Assembly: GCA_047600465.1 (NCBI GenBank)
Contig: JASGKU010000004.1
Location: 490,445-554,444 of the forward strand
Length of the DNA stretch: 64,000 bases
Reading direction: 5' to 3'
Source: Agriterribacter sp.
GTDB taxonomy: Bacteria > Bacteroidota > Bacteroidia > Chitinophagales > Chitinophagaceae
Shown: piece by piece, positions 63,910 through 64,000 of the stretch
Layout of the letters: the number at the start of each line of letters is the position of its first letter
Numbering within the stretch: the stretch's first letter is position 1
The notes under the pieces: model-generated
The model's input: only the letters and a program-made list of their open reading frames with translations
Database searches by the model: none
What the model was told of the DNA's origin: nothing
Program-made: the position numbers and the translations under genes

Positions 63910-64000
63910 TCAATCTTCTGTTTTAATATTAAAAGAAGAACCAAAAACAAATTTCCATTCCTCTATAGTATCTCCTTCGTAATTTTTTGACTGTGCAATG
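63910..64000 (-). CDS. C-terminus of the probable CBASS CD-NTase (truncated by the window)
   Basis: Reads IAQSKNYEGDTIEEWKFVFGSSFNIKTED*; WxxVFGxxF is the typical CD-NTase tail; abuts the HORMA start. Confidence 0.7.
   Translation of the reverse strand, partial: IAQSKNYEGDTIEEWKFVFGSSFNIKTED

Noticed and set aside
1-64000. CRISPR array or cas genes
   Set aside because: No regularly spaced 25-45 bp repeats with unique spacers and no Cas motifs seen.

Overview
AT-rich accessory DNA, most likely from a Bacteroidota (Chitinophagaceae-like) genome; this is inferred from TAnnTTTG promoter boxes, AT-rich translation starts and gene content. Positions 1 to ~59,620 look like the right part of a mosaic integrative mobilisable island. 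It carries an SF2 helicase-nuclease, a divergent XRE / tandem NUMOD4-HNH pair, a J-domain + DUF6908-like module present twice, relaxase/MobC/oriT, an IS110 with a probable bridge RNA, an excisionase-like HTH and RadC. Cargo follows: an AraC-ABC permease fusion, mgtE, AAA_14-DUF4143, HipBA, stress and iron-uptake genes, and many pseudogene fragments. The island ends at a tRNA-Asp-like 3' att repeat. Beyond that lies the 3' part of a type III CBASS operon (CD-NTase C-terminus, HORMA, TRIP13-like ATPase, 2TM-NUDIX), extended by a second nucleotidyltransferase with a hydrophobic N-terminus and a DUF3892-like gene. The most notable items are this extended CBASS, the four-repeat nuclease-dead HNH protein, a dispersed family of promoter-motif-hairpin mini sRNA units, the IS110 insertion next to a promoter, and long template-strand hairpins upstream of radC and the J-domain genes. 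No CRISPR array, rRNA or complete tRNA was seen. All family assignments come from motif recognition by eye, not from database searches.
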